Source: an uncultured Anaeromusa sp. (GTDB taxonomy: Bacteria; Bacillota; Negativicutes; Anaeromusales; Anaeromusaceae). Taken from it: a stretch of DNA of 32,000 nucleotides. The notes under the pieces were generated by a model that saw only the letters and a list, made by a program, of their open reading frames with translations, ran no database searches and was not told the origin of the DNA. Shown piece after piece: positions 9,108-18,503 of the stretch; position 1 is the stretch's first letter; every line of letters starts with the position of its first letter. The DNA lies in NCBI GenBank assembly GCA_963676855.1, contig OY781460.1, forward strand, positions 1,495,520-1,527,519, written 5' to 3'. A program made the position numbers and the translations under genes.

Positions 9108-9533
9108 ATGATGGACATGATGCAAAAAAAACGTACGATTGCACTGATTCTGGCGCTGTGCTTTGCGGTTCTTTTGATTGGCGGTTGCAGTAGTCAGCCT
9201 ACGGTTGGTTTTGTTGATATGGAGAAAGTGGTCAAGGAAAGTCCTAAAGTCAAAGCGTTGCAGGACCAATTGGACGCCAAAGAAAAAGAGATTATGGAAA
9301 AAATGCAAAAAGAGCAAAACGGCGATTCGACGGAAGCGCAGCAGAAACAGCAGGCCCTAGCGGGAGAGTACCGTCAATTGCAGAAACAAGTTGGCGAACA
9401 GTTTGAAAGTGATTTGAAAAAGACGCTGGAGCAAATTGCTCAGGAAAAGAAACTGAGCGTTATTTTGTATAAACGGGAAGTGGCCCAAGGCGGCATGGAT
9501 GTTACCGATGAAGTTCTCAAACGCCTCCAGTAA
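9108..9533 (+). CDS. OmpH/Skp-like lipoprotein
   Basis: Lipobox [40 protein letters not shown]...[28 protein letters not shown]. Start is ambiguous (GTG 9096, ATG 9108 or ATG 9111). Confidence 0.85.
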   Translation: MMDMMQKKRTIALILALCFAVLLIGGCSSQPTVGFVDMEKVVKESPKVKALQDQLDAKEKEIMEKMQKEQNGDSTEAQQKQQALAGEYRQLQKQVGEQFESDLKKTLEQIAQEKKLSVILYKREVAQGGMDVTDEVLKRLQ

Positions 9534-9549
9534 CGGAGGCGAGGGACTA

Positions 9550-10584
9550 ATGAAAACATTAGGTGAAATTGCCGAATTGGTAGACGGGATCATTGACGAA
9601 GCGCATGCGGCGCTGCCGATTAATAGTGTGACTAACATTGAAGAGGCGGGGCTTGAAGATATTACATTTGCCGTAGCGCCTCATCTGGAAAAGGCCGCGG
9701 CTAGCCGTGCTGGTGCTGTTTTGGTGGCTAAAGATGTTGCCGACGATTTCCCCAAAGTCGTAGTGCGAGTGGCCAATCCGCGCGCGGCTTTTGCAACGTT
9801 GCTGGAGGTTTTTTCTCCGCGACCTGTGGTGCAACGGGGCGTACATCCTACGGCAGTAGTGGCGGAAGATGCGATATTGGGCGATAATGTGGCTATCCTG
9901 CCTTGCGCCGTGATCGATTCTGGCGCATTTATAGGTGCTAATACGGTCATTTATCCTCACAGCTATGTCGGTGTAGGCAGTCGGGTGGGAAATGATTGCA
10001 TTCTTTACCCCAATGTAACGGTTCGAGAAGGCTGTGAATTGGGAGAACGGGTTATTGTACACAGTGGTGCTGTGATTGGCAGCGACGGATTTGGCTTTGT
10101 AACCGTAGATGGCAGTCATCGCAAAGTGCCACAAGTGGGCGGCGTACGCATTGAGGACGATGTGGAGATAGGCGCTAATACCTGCCTGGACCGGGCGACA
10201 ACGGGCTGGACCGTTGTGCGTCGCGGTACAAAAATTGATAACTTAGTGCACTTAGGACACAATGTGGAAGTCGGCGAGCATTGCTTTTTTGTAGCTCAGA
10301 CCGGTATTGCCGGCAGTACGAAAATTGGTAGCCGTGTTACTTTTGCCGGCCAATCCGGCAGCGCCGGTCATCTTGTTATTGGCGATAACTGTGTCTTTGC
10401 GGCGCGGTCGGCGCCGATTGGCAACATCGCCAGCAATTCGTTTTGCGGCGGCTTTCCGGCGCGCCCGTACAAAGACTGGCTGAAAAATGAAGCTGCAGTT
10501 ACCAAAGTTCCTGAACTGCTGAAGAGGGTTCGGAATTTGGAAAAACAGCTAACTCAGCTTACGGCGGGTGAGCCGAAAGTATGA
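9550..10584 (+). CDS. lpxD: UDP-3-O-(3-hydroxyacyl)glucosamine N-acyltransferase
   Basis: Left-handed beta-helix hexapeptide repeats; conserved IGSDGFGFV...[16 protein letters not shown]...[11 protein letters not shown]...[14 protein letters not shown] 9550 preceded by ggaggcgaggg. Confidence 0.95.
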   Translation: MKTLGEIAELVDGIIDEAHAALPINSVTNIEEAGLEDITFAVAPHLEKAAASRAGAVLVAKDVADDFPKVVVRVANPRAAFATLLEVFSPRPVVQRGVHPTAVVAEDAILGDNVAILPCAVIDSGAFIGANTVIYPHSYVGVGSRVGNDCILYPNVTVREGCELGERVIVHSGAVIGSDGFGFVTVDGSHRKVPQVGGVRIEDDVEIGANTCLDRATTGWTVVRRGTKIDNLVHLGHNVEVGEHCFFVAQTGIAGSTKIGSRVTFAGQSGSAGHLVIGDNCVFAARSAPIGNIASNSFCGGFPARPYKDWLKNEAAVTKVPELLKRVRNLEKQLTQLTAGEPKV

Positions 10585-11186
10585 GTAGCCAGAGTCGTAT
10601 ACTATTGGCCTGTCTAGCTGTATTAGTGGTGTTTGCTTTTAGTAAAGCCGAGGCAGCGCCAACTTTGCAGGGAAGCACTGGGTTGGCGAATGTAGTCAGT
10701 GCTGATGTGCTTCCAGCGAATAGCTTTAGTATAGGACGATATAACAGGCCGGGAGAAAAAAATGACGTTGTTACTTTTGGACTGGGGCAGGCGTTGGAAG
10801 TAGGTGCTTTGCACCGTACTGAGGGGGAGCAAGGTTCTGCGGTGAGATGGAACGTAAAATGGGCCTTGGCGCAAGAAAAGGTTTTGCGTCCCGGCATTGC
10901 TATCGGCGTGGAAGATGTTGGCGCACAAGAGCGACGTACGACGTACGCTGTTGCCAGCAAAGGCTTACCTTTTGGTTTGCGTCTACATGTTGGACTTGGC
11001 AATGGACGCTATCATGGCTTGTTCGGCGCTCTAGAAGCTCCCTTGCTGCCGCAAACTAGGTTGTTTTTGGAACAAGACGGACGGCAGTGGGGCGCGGGCG
11101 TTCGTGTATCATTAGGGCCTGATTTTCGTCTGGATGCCGGGCATTATGCAGGAAAAACCTATGTGGGCGGAAGCTATACGTACTAA
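10581..11186 (+). CDS. small secreted predicted beta-barrel protein (YjbH-like/unknown)
   Basis: ATGA overlap with the lpxD stop. Signal peptide; pattern [28 protein letters not shown]... with amphipathic strands ending [11 protein letters not shown]. Confidence 0.65.
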   Translation: MSSQSRILLACLAVLVVFAFSKAEAAPTLQGSTGLANVVSADVLPANSFSIGRYNRPGEKNDVVTFGLGQALEVGALHRTEGEQGSAVRWNVKWALAQEKVLRPGIAIGVEDVGAQERRTTYAVASKGLPFGLRLHVGLGNGRYHGLFGALEAPLLPQTRLFLEQDGRQWGAGVRVSLGPDFRLDAGHYAGKTYVGGSYTY

Positions 11187-11187
11187 A

Positions 11188-11215
11188 AAGAATGGCGGCT
11201 TCGGCCGCCTTCTTT
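11188..11215 (+). terminator. hairpin, probable intrinsic terminator
   Basis: GGCGGC-TTCG-GCCGCC (11194-11209) with flanking aaagaa/ttcttt pairing, 2 nt after a stop codon. The T tract is short. Confidence 0.55.
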
Positions 11216-11244
11216 CAATGCTGGGATGAGGCGAGGATAACGTA

Positions 11245-11301
11245 ACACAGAGTAACAGAGAAGTCCCAAAGAATATAATATAAGAGTATATTCTCTGTGT
11301 A
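11245..11301. repeat. nested inverted repeat upstream of the first lpxL-like gene
   Basis: acacagag (11245-11252) pairs with ctctgtgt (11293-11300); inside, agaatata (11270-11277) pairs with tatattct (11287-11294). Confidence 0.55.
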
Positions 11302-11353
11302 TCGTTCTTTTCGTTTCTCTTTTTTCTGTATCTTATGTGTCGAGGAGTGTCAA

Positions 11354-12238
11354 ATGCTATACATTGTTGTAAAGCTTCTCAGTCGTCTGGCATGTTCTCT
11401 TTCTGTAGCGACAGCCAAACGATGGGGGGGCTATCTAGGTACTGTAGCCTGGAAGCTGACTCCTAAAAAAAGAAAAAGAATGGCAATAGAAAATATCCGT
11501 GTAAGTCTTGTTGTAAATGAAGTGGAAGCGGAGCGTGTGGCTCGCGCCAGCGCTGTACGTTTTGGCCCCATGTTTATGGAAGTGCTGCGCGTACCGCTTT
11601 TGTTGAAGCAATCACTAGATAGCTGGATTTCCTTTACAGGAGCAGAGCATCTGGAACAAGCATTGGCTTTGGGAAAAGGCGTGGTCTTGGCGACGGCTCA
11701 TAGCGGGAATTGGGAGCTCTTGGGAGCCGCCTTGGCAAAACGGGGCTTTCCCTTGGTTGCGGTAGTGCAAAAGCAGACGAATGATGCGATGGACCGCTTT
11801 ATTAATGAATATCGTCGCCAAAGCGGCATGCATGTGACCTATAAAACAGGTGTAAAGGAAATGATTCAGCTTTTAGGCGAAGGAAATATTATTGGCTTGC
11901 TGGTGGATCAGGATGCAGGCCCAGAAGGTGTTCGGACGCAGTTTTTTGGGCGTGAAGCTTCTAGTCCTCCAGGAGCGGCGCACTTGGCGCGTATGCGCCA
12001 AGTGCCGATTGTACCTGCTTTTATTACTCAAGAGGCAGATGGTCGTCATCATGCCTGGCTCTATCCGCCGGTATTTGTCGGGCAGACAAGAAATAAAAAA
12101 GAAGAAATTCAGCAAACAACGCAAGTGCTGACTCGGTGTGTCGAGCAGCACATCCGGCGGCATCCGGAAGAGTGGTTTTGGCTGCATAACCGTTGGAAAC
12201 ATGGAGACAAGACAGAAAGTCTTGCGTTGCACACGTAA
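11354..12238 (+). CDS. LpxL/HtrB family lipid A acyltransferase (copy 1)
   Basis: Catalytic-type motif HSGNWELLGAAL; further motifs GLLVDQDAGPEGV, HHAWLYPP, PEEWFWLHNRWK. SD gaggag before ATG 11354. Confidence 0.9.
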   Translation: MLYIVVKLLSRLACSLSVATAKRWGGYLGTVAWKLTPKKRKRMAIENIRVSLVVNEVEAERVARASAVRFGPMFMEVLRVPLLLKQSLDSWISFTGAEHLEQALALGKGVVLATAHSGNWELLGAALAKRGFPLVAVVQKQTNDAMDRFINEYRRQSGMHVTYKTGVKEMIQLLGEGNIIGLLVDQDAGPEGVRTQFFGREASSPPGAAHLARMRQVPIVPAFITQEADGRHHAWLYPPVFVGQTRNKKEEIQQTTQVLTRCVEQHIRRHPEEWFWLHNRWKHGDKTESLALHT

Positions 12239-12281
12239 ATCCGCTAGAATAAACAAGGGCTTAATGCTTTTGGGAGGAATC

Positions 12282-13118
12282 ATGGAACGACAAAGTACTC
12301 TGGCAAAGGAAGTTGCCTATAGCGGGATTGGCTTGCATTCCGGGCGGGAAGTGAAAGTACGGTTTTTGCCGGCGCCCGCAGATACGGGAATCCTTTTTGA
12401 ACGGATAGACTTGCCTGGCAGGCCTCGCGTTCCGGCGCAAGCGGCCTGTGTAACGCAGACCATGCGGGCGACGACGTTGGAAGCTGGGGAAGCTAAGGTT
12501 TTTACAGTAGAGCATATTTTGGCGGCGCTTTCCGCGATGGATATTGATAATTGCCTCATTGAAATTGATTCACTGGAACCGCCTGTGGCTGATGGCAGTG
12601 CTTTGCTGTTTCTGGAACTGTTAGCGGAGGCGGGGCGGTGTGAGCAGGAAGCCTTACGCTCGGTTTACTGCATACAAGAAGCGCTTACGGTGCGAGACGG
12701 AAATCGGTTTATTTCTATTTTGCCCTATGATGGGTTTCGTATTACTTTTACGTCGGTTAATCCGCACAAGGCGATTGGAATTCAATTTGCCGATGTAGAA
12801 ATCACCAAGGAATTATTTTGGCGAGAGATTGCTCCGGCGCGGACGATTGGCTTTGTCCATGAAATAGAAGTGTTGCAGGCGCAAGGCTTGGCCTTGGGCG
12901 GCAGCATGGAGAACGCCGCTGTATATGATGAAAATGGAGCGGTTAATGTACTGCGTTTTGCAGATGAATTGGTTCGGCATAAGGTGCTGGATGTAGTTGG
13001 CGATTTAGCGTTGGCAGGTCCGATTAAAGGCCATGTGGTGGCAGTATCGTCCGGCCATGCATTGAATACAAAACTGTCGCAGTTAATTGCTGCGGCCAGA
13101 CAGGGAGGTTGTGCATAG
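12282..13118 (+). CDS. lpxC: UDP-3-O-acyl-N-acetylglucosamine deacetylase
   Basis: Motifs [77 protein letters not shown] gggaggaatc before ATG 12282. Confidence 0.96.
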   Translation: MERQSTLAKEVAYSGIGLHSGREVKVRFLPAPADTGILFERIDLPGRPRVPAQAACVTQTMRATTLEAGEAKVFTVEHILAALSAMDIDNCLIEIDSLEPPVADGSALLFLELLAEAGRCEQEALRSVYCIQEALTVRDGNRFISILPYDGFRITFTSVNPHKAIGIQFADVEITKELFWREIAPARTIGFVHEIEVLQAQGLALGGSMENAAVYDENGAVNVLRFADELVRHKVLDVVGDLALAGPIKGHVVAVSSGHALNTKLSQLIAAARQGGCA

Positions 13119-13555
13119 TGGTATTAACTATTGAAGAAATCAAGGAAATTATTCCTCATCGGTATCCATTTTTGCTGGTAGATCGCATTTTGGAGTTGGA
13201 GCCGCTAAAGCGTGGCGTCGGCATAAAAAATGTGACTGCTAATGAACCTTTTTTTCAAGGGCACTTTCCGAATAAACCGGTTATGCCGGGGGTATTGCTG
13301 TTGGAGGCTATGGCGCAGGTCGGTGGAGTTGCGTTATTATATCCAGATGAAAACCGAGGTAAAATTGCGTACTTTGCTGGTATGGAAGGAGTTAAGTTCC
13401 GTAAGCCCGTTGTGCCTGGCGATCAGGTGAGGATGGAAGCGGAAGTAACCCGCATGCGCGGTTCCGTAGGCAAAGTGCGCGCCGAAGCTTTTGTAGAGGG
13501 TCAATTGGTAGCGGAAGCGGAGTTTATGTTTGCGCTGTCGGAAAAACAAGAGTAA
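13118..13555 (+). CDS. fabZ: 3-hydroxyacyl-[acyl-carrier-protein] dehydratase
   Basis: [19 protein letters not shown]...[20 protein letters not shown]...[20 protein letters not shown] at 13118 follows SD agggagg and overlaps the lpxC stop. Confidence 0.95.
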   Translation: MVLTIEEIKEIIPHRYPFLLVDRILELEPLKRGVGIKNVTANEPFFQGHFPNKPVMPGVLLLEAMAQVGGVALLYPDENRGKIAYFAGMEGVKFRKPVVPGDQVRMEAEVTRMRGSVGKVRAEAFVEGQLVAEAEFMFALSEKQE

Positions 13556-13757
13556 AAAATATAAAAAGTAAGAAAAACAGTGATGTTGACAAGGAAAACA
13601 AAACTAGAGCTGTATAGTTCATCGTAAAGGCTTTTTTTGCAAAAAAAGATGATGTTTCTATTTGACTGAGCAGTCGGAATATAAGAGCAGAAAAACAGCC
13701 TGAAAGTAAGGACGTAACAGTATTGACAGAGACTCAGTCAGAAGGAGTTGTCATATT

Positions 13758-14576
13758 ATGCAAACGGATAAAGTAGTACCTTTGCGTATGATTCACGAGA
13801 TGGCAGTGGTTCATCCCAATGCGCGTCTTGGTAAGGATGTACAGATTGGCCCCTACGCGGTCATTGGCGAAAATGTAGTGATTGGCGATGGGACGAAAAT
13901 AGGCCCGCATGTGGTGATTGACGGCTGGACCAGCATTGGCAAAGACTGTGTTATCTTTCCCAGCGCTTCGGTTGGGGCGGAACCGCAGGACTTGAAATTC
14001 AAGGGTGAAAAAAGCTATGTGTTTATCGGCGACCGCACGACATTGCGCGAGTTTACTACGGTAAATAGAGCGACAGGCGAGGGCGAGGAAACACGCATTG
14101 GTTCTGATTGCCTGATGATGGCCTATACGCATGTGGCGCATAACTGCGTGGTGGGCAATCATGTAATTATGTCCAATGCCGCTACATTGGCAGGGCATAT
14201 TATTGTGGAAGATCGTGTCGTGATCGGCGGCTTGTCCGGAGTGCATCAGTTTGTTAAAATTGGTCGTAATGCCATGATTGGCGGCGCTTCTAAAGTGGTT
14301 CAAGATGTGCCTCCCTTTATGATTGCTGACGGGCATCCGGCCAGGGTGGCGGGCTTGAACAGTGTTGGCATGTCCAGAGCGGGCGTGCCGAAGGAAGCGC
14401 GGCGCGAACTGAAGAAAGCGTACCGGATTCTATACAAAAACGGCTTGTCCTTGGACCAAGCAATTGCAATGATGGAACAAGAGCTGGAAGCATACGAAGA
14501 AGTAGAACACTTCTTGCGCTTTTTGCGCAATGCGGAGCGGGGGATTTGTCGGACGCGCCGTGACAGCAGCGAATAA
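13758..14576 (+). CDS. lpxA: acyl-ACP--UDP-N-acetylglucosamine O-acyltransferase
   Basis: Hexapeptide repeats; IHEMAVVHPNARLGKDVQIGPYAVIG..., YKGEKS-like segment, TTLREFTTVNRATGEGEETRIGSDCLMMAYTHVAHNC. SD gaaggag. Confidence 0.95.
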   Translation: MQTDKVVPLRMIHEMAVVHPNARLGKDVQIGPYAVIGENVVIGDGTKIGPHVVIDGWTSIGKDCVIFPSASVGAEPQDLKFKGEKSYVFIGDRTTLREFTTVNRATGEGEETRIGSDCLMMAYTHVAHNCVVGNHVIMSNAATLAGHIIVEDRVVIGGLSGVHQFVKIGRNAMIGGASKVVQDVPPFMIADGHPARVAGLNSVGMSRAGVPKEARRELKKAYRILYKNGLSLDQAIAMMEQELEAYEEVEHFLRFLRNAERGICRTRRDSSE

Positions 14577-14693
14577 GTTGCAGCAGAGGAAGAGTTGCTG
14601 CAGAGTACAGGGTATTCTGTAGCGAACTCTTTCTGTTGTTTTGGAGAACCTAATTTAGGTTTTCATTTTAATTTGGATATGGGAGCGGTGAAT

Positions 14694-15500
14694 ATGCAGA
14701 AAATCGGTTTGCTTGCCGGCGTCGGACGACTGCCGGTTGATTTTGCGTTCTGTGCGCGGAAATTGGGTTTGTCTGTTGTAGCGATAGCGGTGTTACCTAA
14801 TGTGGAGAGCGATTTGGCGGCAGCTGCTTCTGTATATCATCAAATTGGCGTTGGTCAACTGCAGCGTTTGATTGATACCCTTCGGCAAGAAGAGGTTTCC
14901 CAGGTTACTATGTTAGGGAAAGTAACCAAAGAATTACTCTTTTCCGGCAAAGTGGAATTGGACGGCCGCTTTCAACAGTTACTGGCGTCATTGCCGGATC
15001 AAAAGGATGATACCATTTTATTGGCTTTAGTGAAGGAATTGACTCAAGAAGGCATTCTTGTGGCGGATCAAACTGCCTTATTGAAAATGCTGTTGCCGCA
15101 GCCTGGCGTTTTGACAAAACGGACGCCTACAGAAGGCGAATTGGCGGATATGGATTTCGGTCTATCCATGGCTAAAGAAATAGGCGCTTTGGATATTGGG
15201 CAAACGGTTGTAGTAAAGAATCGGGCAGTCATGGCAGTAGAAGCGATAGAAGGCACGGATGCTTGTATTCGTCGCGGTGGAGCTTTGGCCGGCGGCAGCG
15301 GCGCCGTAGTGGCTAAAGCAGCCAAACCGCAGCAAGATCAGCGTTTTGATATGCCTGGAGCGGGCCCTGCCACCATTCACTCCATGATCGAAGCCGGTGC
15401 GTCCGCCCTTGTACTGGAGGCCGGCAAAACGCTGCTGGTAGACCGCGCAGAAGCTATTGCCTTGGCGGAGGCACATAACATTACCATTGTGGTAAAATAA
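14694..15500 (+). CDS. lpxI: UDP-2,3-diacylglucosamine pyrophosphatase, LpxI type
   Basis: IGLLAGVGRLPVDFAFCARKLG... and DMDFGLSMAKEIGALDIGQTVVVKNRAVMAVEAIEGTDACIRRGG... are characteristic of LpxI (DUF1009). Confidence 0.93.
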   Translation: MQKIGLLAGVGRLPVDFAFCARKLGLSVVAIAVLPNVESDLAAAASVYHQIGVGQLQRLIDTLRQEEVSQVTMLGKVTKELLFSGKVELDGRFQQLLASLPDQKDDTILLALVKELTQEGILVADQTALLKMLLPQPGVLTKRTPTEGELADMDFGLSMAKEIGALDIGQTVVVKNRAVMAVEAIEGTDACIRRGGALAGGSGAVVAKAAKPQQDQRFDMPGAGPATIHSMIEAGASALVLEAGKTLLVDRAEAIALAEAHNITIVVK

Positions 15501-15607
15501 TAGCTTCGGTTCTCTTCGCCCCCTCATACGTACCCTCCCTTTACTCCCGCTACTCTTGTTCAATCTTCGCACTCCGTACTTTTTAAACGATTCTAGGAGG
15601 ATGTTTC

Positions 15608-16762
15608 ATGTGCAAAATCATGCTTTCCGCCGGCGAAGCCTCCGGTGATCTTCATGGCGCAGGCATTGCAGCGGCGTTGCGCGCCATGAAGCCGGATGTA
15701 CGCTTGTTCGGCATGGGCGGTGCGGCTATGCGCCGTGAAGGCGTGGACATTCTCTATGATATTGCCGACTTGGGCGTTATTGGCCTAGTAGAAGTTATTA
15801 AAAATTTACCGCGTTTATTTCGTTTGCGCGATGCTTTGGCGGCGGCGATGGATCGAGAAAAACCGGACATCTTGGTTACCATTGATTATCCAGGCTTTAA
15901 TATGCGCTTGGCGAAAATTGCAAAAGCCAAAGGCATTCGCGTTGTTTCCTATATAGCTCCTTCCGTATGGGCTTGGGGCGAGTGGCGGGCGAAGGGCGTA
16001 GTGCGTTCAGTCGATCATATTGCTTCTATTTTTCCCTTTGAAGCGGAATTGTACCGACGCTACGGAGGCAACGTGACCTATGTGGGTCATCCCTTACTGG
16101 ACTTGGTGGGAACGAAACGCAATGCGGCAGAAGCGCGAGCCTTTCTGAAACTGCAGCCCCAGGAACGGATCGTATTGCTGTTGCCTGGAAGTCGGAAACA
16201 AGAAATTAAGAGTCTGCTGCCTTTGTTTTTGCAAGCAGCCCGACAGGTGGCGGCAGCGGTGCCGGAAGCCGTATTTGTTTTGCCCTTGGCTTCAACGGTA
16301 GCGGAAGATATGGTACAGCCGGAGATACAGGCAGCTGGCGTTCCTGTTCGTTTGGTGCGGGAGCATTTGTACGACTGGATGCAAGCGGCGGAAACTGCGA
16401 TGGCGGCTTCCGGTACGGTGACGCTGGAAGCTGCTTTAATGAATTTGCCCTGTGTTGTGACTTATAAAGTAAATCCTTTGACCTATGGTTTGGGAAAACT
16501 GTTGGTGAAATTGCCGTATATCAGCTTGCCCAACATCATTGCGGAGCGGCAAGTTGTGCCGGAACTCGTCCAAAACGAAGCGCAGCCGCAGCGACTGGCG
16601 GCGGAGGTAGTGAAGTATCTTCAAGATGCCGAACATTGCGTTGCTACGCACCGCGCTTTGGAGGAAGTCCGTCACAAATTGGGAGAAAGCGGCGCCGTTC
16701 AGCGTGTTGCGGCTTTAATTTTAGCGGAAGCGTCCGGCAGCAGGAGGGAAGCGCATGAATAG
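15608..16762 (+). CDS. lpxB: lipid-A-disaccharide synthase
   Basis: SAGEASGDLHGAGIAAALRAMKPD, FGMGGAAMRREGVDILYD, YIAPSVWAWGEWRAK, YVGHPLLDLV, LLPGSRKQEI. SD taggagg. Confidence 0.96.
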   Translation: MCKIMLSAGEASGDLHGAGIAAALRAMKPDVRLFGMGGAAMRREGVDILYDIADLGVIGLVEVIKNLPRLFRLRDALAAAMDREKPDILVTIDYPGFNMRLAKIAKAKGIRVVSYIAPSVWAWGEWRAKGVVRSVDHIASIFPFEAELYRRYGGNVTYVGHPLLDLVGTKRNAAEARAFLKLQPQERIVLLLPGSRKQEIKSLLPLFLQAARQVAAAVPEAVFVLPLASTVAEDMVQPEIQAAGVPVRLVREHLYDWMQAAETAMAASGTVTLEAALMNLPCVVTYKVNPLTYGLGKLLVKLPYISLPNIIAERQVVPELVQNEAQPQRLAAEVVKYLQDAEHCVATHRALEEVRHKLGESGAVQRVAALILAEASGSRREAHE

Positions 16763-18500
16763 CTATATGCGGCTGCTAAAATACTTGCGGCCTTATTTGC
16801 CTCGTCTGGGAACAGCCATTTTTTGCATCATCCTGGCTTCAGCGGCAAACTTATACGTTCCTTGGATCATTAAGGACGTAATTGATAGAGTATTGGCCGA
16901 TAAAGATATGATGATGCTCAATATAATTGCAGGCGGCATCGTGGTTGTCTTTTTGATTCGCGGTATTTTTTTCTATGGACAAAGTTATCTAATGGCGTAT
17001 GTGGGCCAAAAAATTGTCATTGATATACGAGAAGATATCTATCGCCATTTGCAAAGATTGTCGCTTTCTTTTTATTCGCGCAACTCTACCGGAAATATTA
17101 TGAGTCATGTTACTAATGACGTAGCGGCTGTGCAAGGAGCGTTGGCGGATACGCTGATTGAGCTGATTACGGAGAGCGTTATCCTAATCGGCTCCATTGG
17201 CGCTATGTTCTTTTTGCACTGGAAGCTTGCTTTGTTTACTTTCATTACAGTACCTTTGGTTGGGCAAACCATTAATGTATTCGGTAAAAAATTGCGCGCT
17301 TCCGGCAATGTGATGCAGGTTAAGGTGGCGGATATTACGTCGGTTTTGCAAGAAGCCATTTCCTCTATTCGGGTCATCAAGTCCTTTGCTCGTGAAGAGT
17401 TTGAAATTGAACGTTTCCAAAAGGAAAACTTTTCCAATTTTCGGGCGCAGATGAAAAATGCTCAGCTGATGGCCACGTTGACCCCTTTGATTGAATTTTT
17501 GGCGGCGATCGGAGTGACCCTTATTATCTGGTATGGCGGTTGGGAAGTAATTCACGGGGACTTGACCGCAGGCGCGTTGATTGCCTTCTTGATTTATGCA
17601 GTTAATTTATCCAATCCGGTCAAAAGAATCAGCAAGTCGTATGGGGTGGTACAGCGTGCTTTAGCGGCAGCGCAGCGTGTCTTTGAAGTGATAGATACTC
17701 AGCCAGAGGTGCAGGACGCACCCGATGCGGTAGTGTTGCAAAATTCCCAGGGACATTTGGTATTTGAAGGAGTCGACTTTTCCTATAATCCGGGAGAACC
17801 GGCTTTGCGTCAGGTGTTTTTTGAAGCCCATCCCGGGCAGATGATTGCTATCGTAGGCCCTTCGGGCGCGGGTAAGACGACTATTGCCGCCCTGATTCCG
17901 CGGTTTTATGACCCGCAGCAAGGGACGATTTATTTGGATGGTGTTGATATCCGTACAGTGACGCAAAAGTCGCTGCGGGAACAAATGGCCATTGTGCCGC
18001 AGGAGACGGTGCTTTTTAATCGTTCCGTGTACGAAAACATTCGCTATGGTCGGTTAGAGGCAACGCAGGAAGAAGTGGTAGCAGCGGCCAAAGCAGCTAA
18101 TGCGCATGACTTTATTGCAGCTATGCCGCAAGGCTATGAGACGCCTATTGGTGAACGAGGCTGCATGCTTTCCGGCGGTCAGCGGCAACGCATTGCGATT
18201 GCCCGAGCTATCTTGCGGGATCCTCGCTTGCTAATTTTGGATGAGGCCACCTCGGCCTTGGATGTGGAAAGCGAACAGTTAGTGCAGGAAGCCTTGGATA
18301 AACTGATGGTAGGACGTACCTCGGTTGTTATCGCCCATCGGTTGTCGACGATTGTACGAGCGGATTGCATTTTGGTTATGGACCAGGGACGGATTGTGGA
18401 GATGGGATCCCATGAAGCGTTGCTGCAGGCTGGCGGTTTGTATCAGAAGTTGTATCAGGTTCAGTTTCGCGATACTGGGACAGAAAGCAGCGGGGTTTAG
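16755..18500 (+). CDS. msbA: lipid A export ABC transporter ATP-binding/permease protein MsbA-like
   Basis: Six-TM domain plus NBD with Walker A GPSGAGKT, signature LSGGQRQRIAIARAIL, Walker B LLILDEATSALD. Overlaps the lpxB 3' end by 8 nt. Confidence 0.92.
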   Translation: MNSYMRLLKYLRPYLPRLGTAIFCIILASAANLYVPWIIKDVIDRVLADKDMMMLNIIAGGIVVVFLIRGIFFYGQSYLMAYVGQKIVIDIREDIYRHLQRLSLSFYSRNSTGNIMSHVTNDVAAVQGALADTLIELITESVILIGSIGAMFFLHWKLALFTFITVPLVGQTINVFGKKLRASGNVMQVKVADITSVLQEAISSIRVIKSFAREEFEIERFQKENFSNFRAQMKNAQLMATLTPLIEFLAAIGVTLIIWYGGWEVIHGDLTAGALIAFLIYAVNLSNPVKRISKSYGVVQRALAAAQRVFEVIDTQPEVQDAPDAVVLQNSQGHLVFEGVDFSYNPGEPALRQVFFEAHPGQMIAIVGPSGAGKTTIAALIPRFYDPQQGTIYLDGVDIRTVTQKSLREQMAIVPQETVLFNRSVYENIRYGRLEATQEEVVAAAKAANAHDFIAAMPQGYETPIGERGCMLSGGQRQRIAIARAILRDPRLLILDEATSALDVESEQLVQEALDKLMVGRTSVVIAHRLSTIVRADCILVMDQGRIVEMGSHEALLQAGGLYQKLYQVQFRDTGTESSGV

Positions 18501-18503
18501 AAA

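Noticed and set aside
9559-10134. 191-aa minus-strand ORF antisense to lpxD
   Set aside because: Mirrors the periodic hexapeptide-repeat coding sequence of lpxD, with no domain signal.
13586-13618. TTGACA (13586-13591) with TATAGT (13613-13618) as a promoter
   Set aside because: Spacer of 21 nt is too long for a standard sigma-A promoter. Kept only as part of a weak regulatory-region observation.
13734-14336. 200-aa minus-strand ORF antisense to lpxA
   Set aside because: Shadow ORF of the lpxA hexapeptide repeats.
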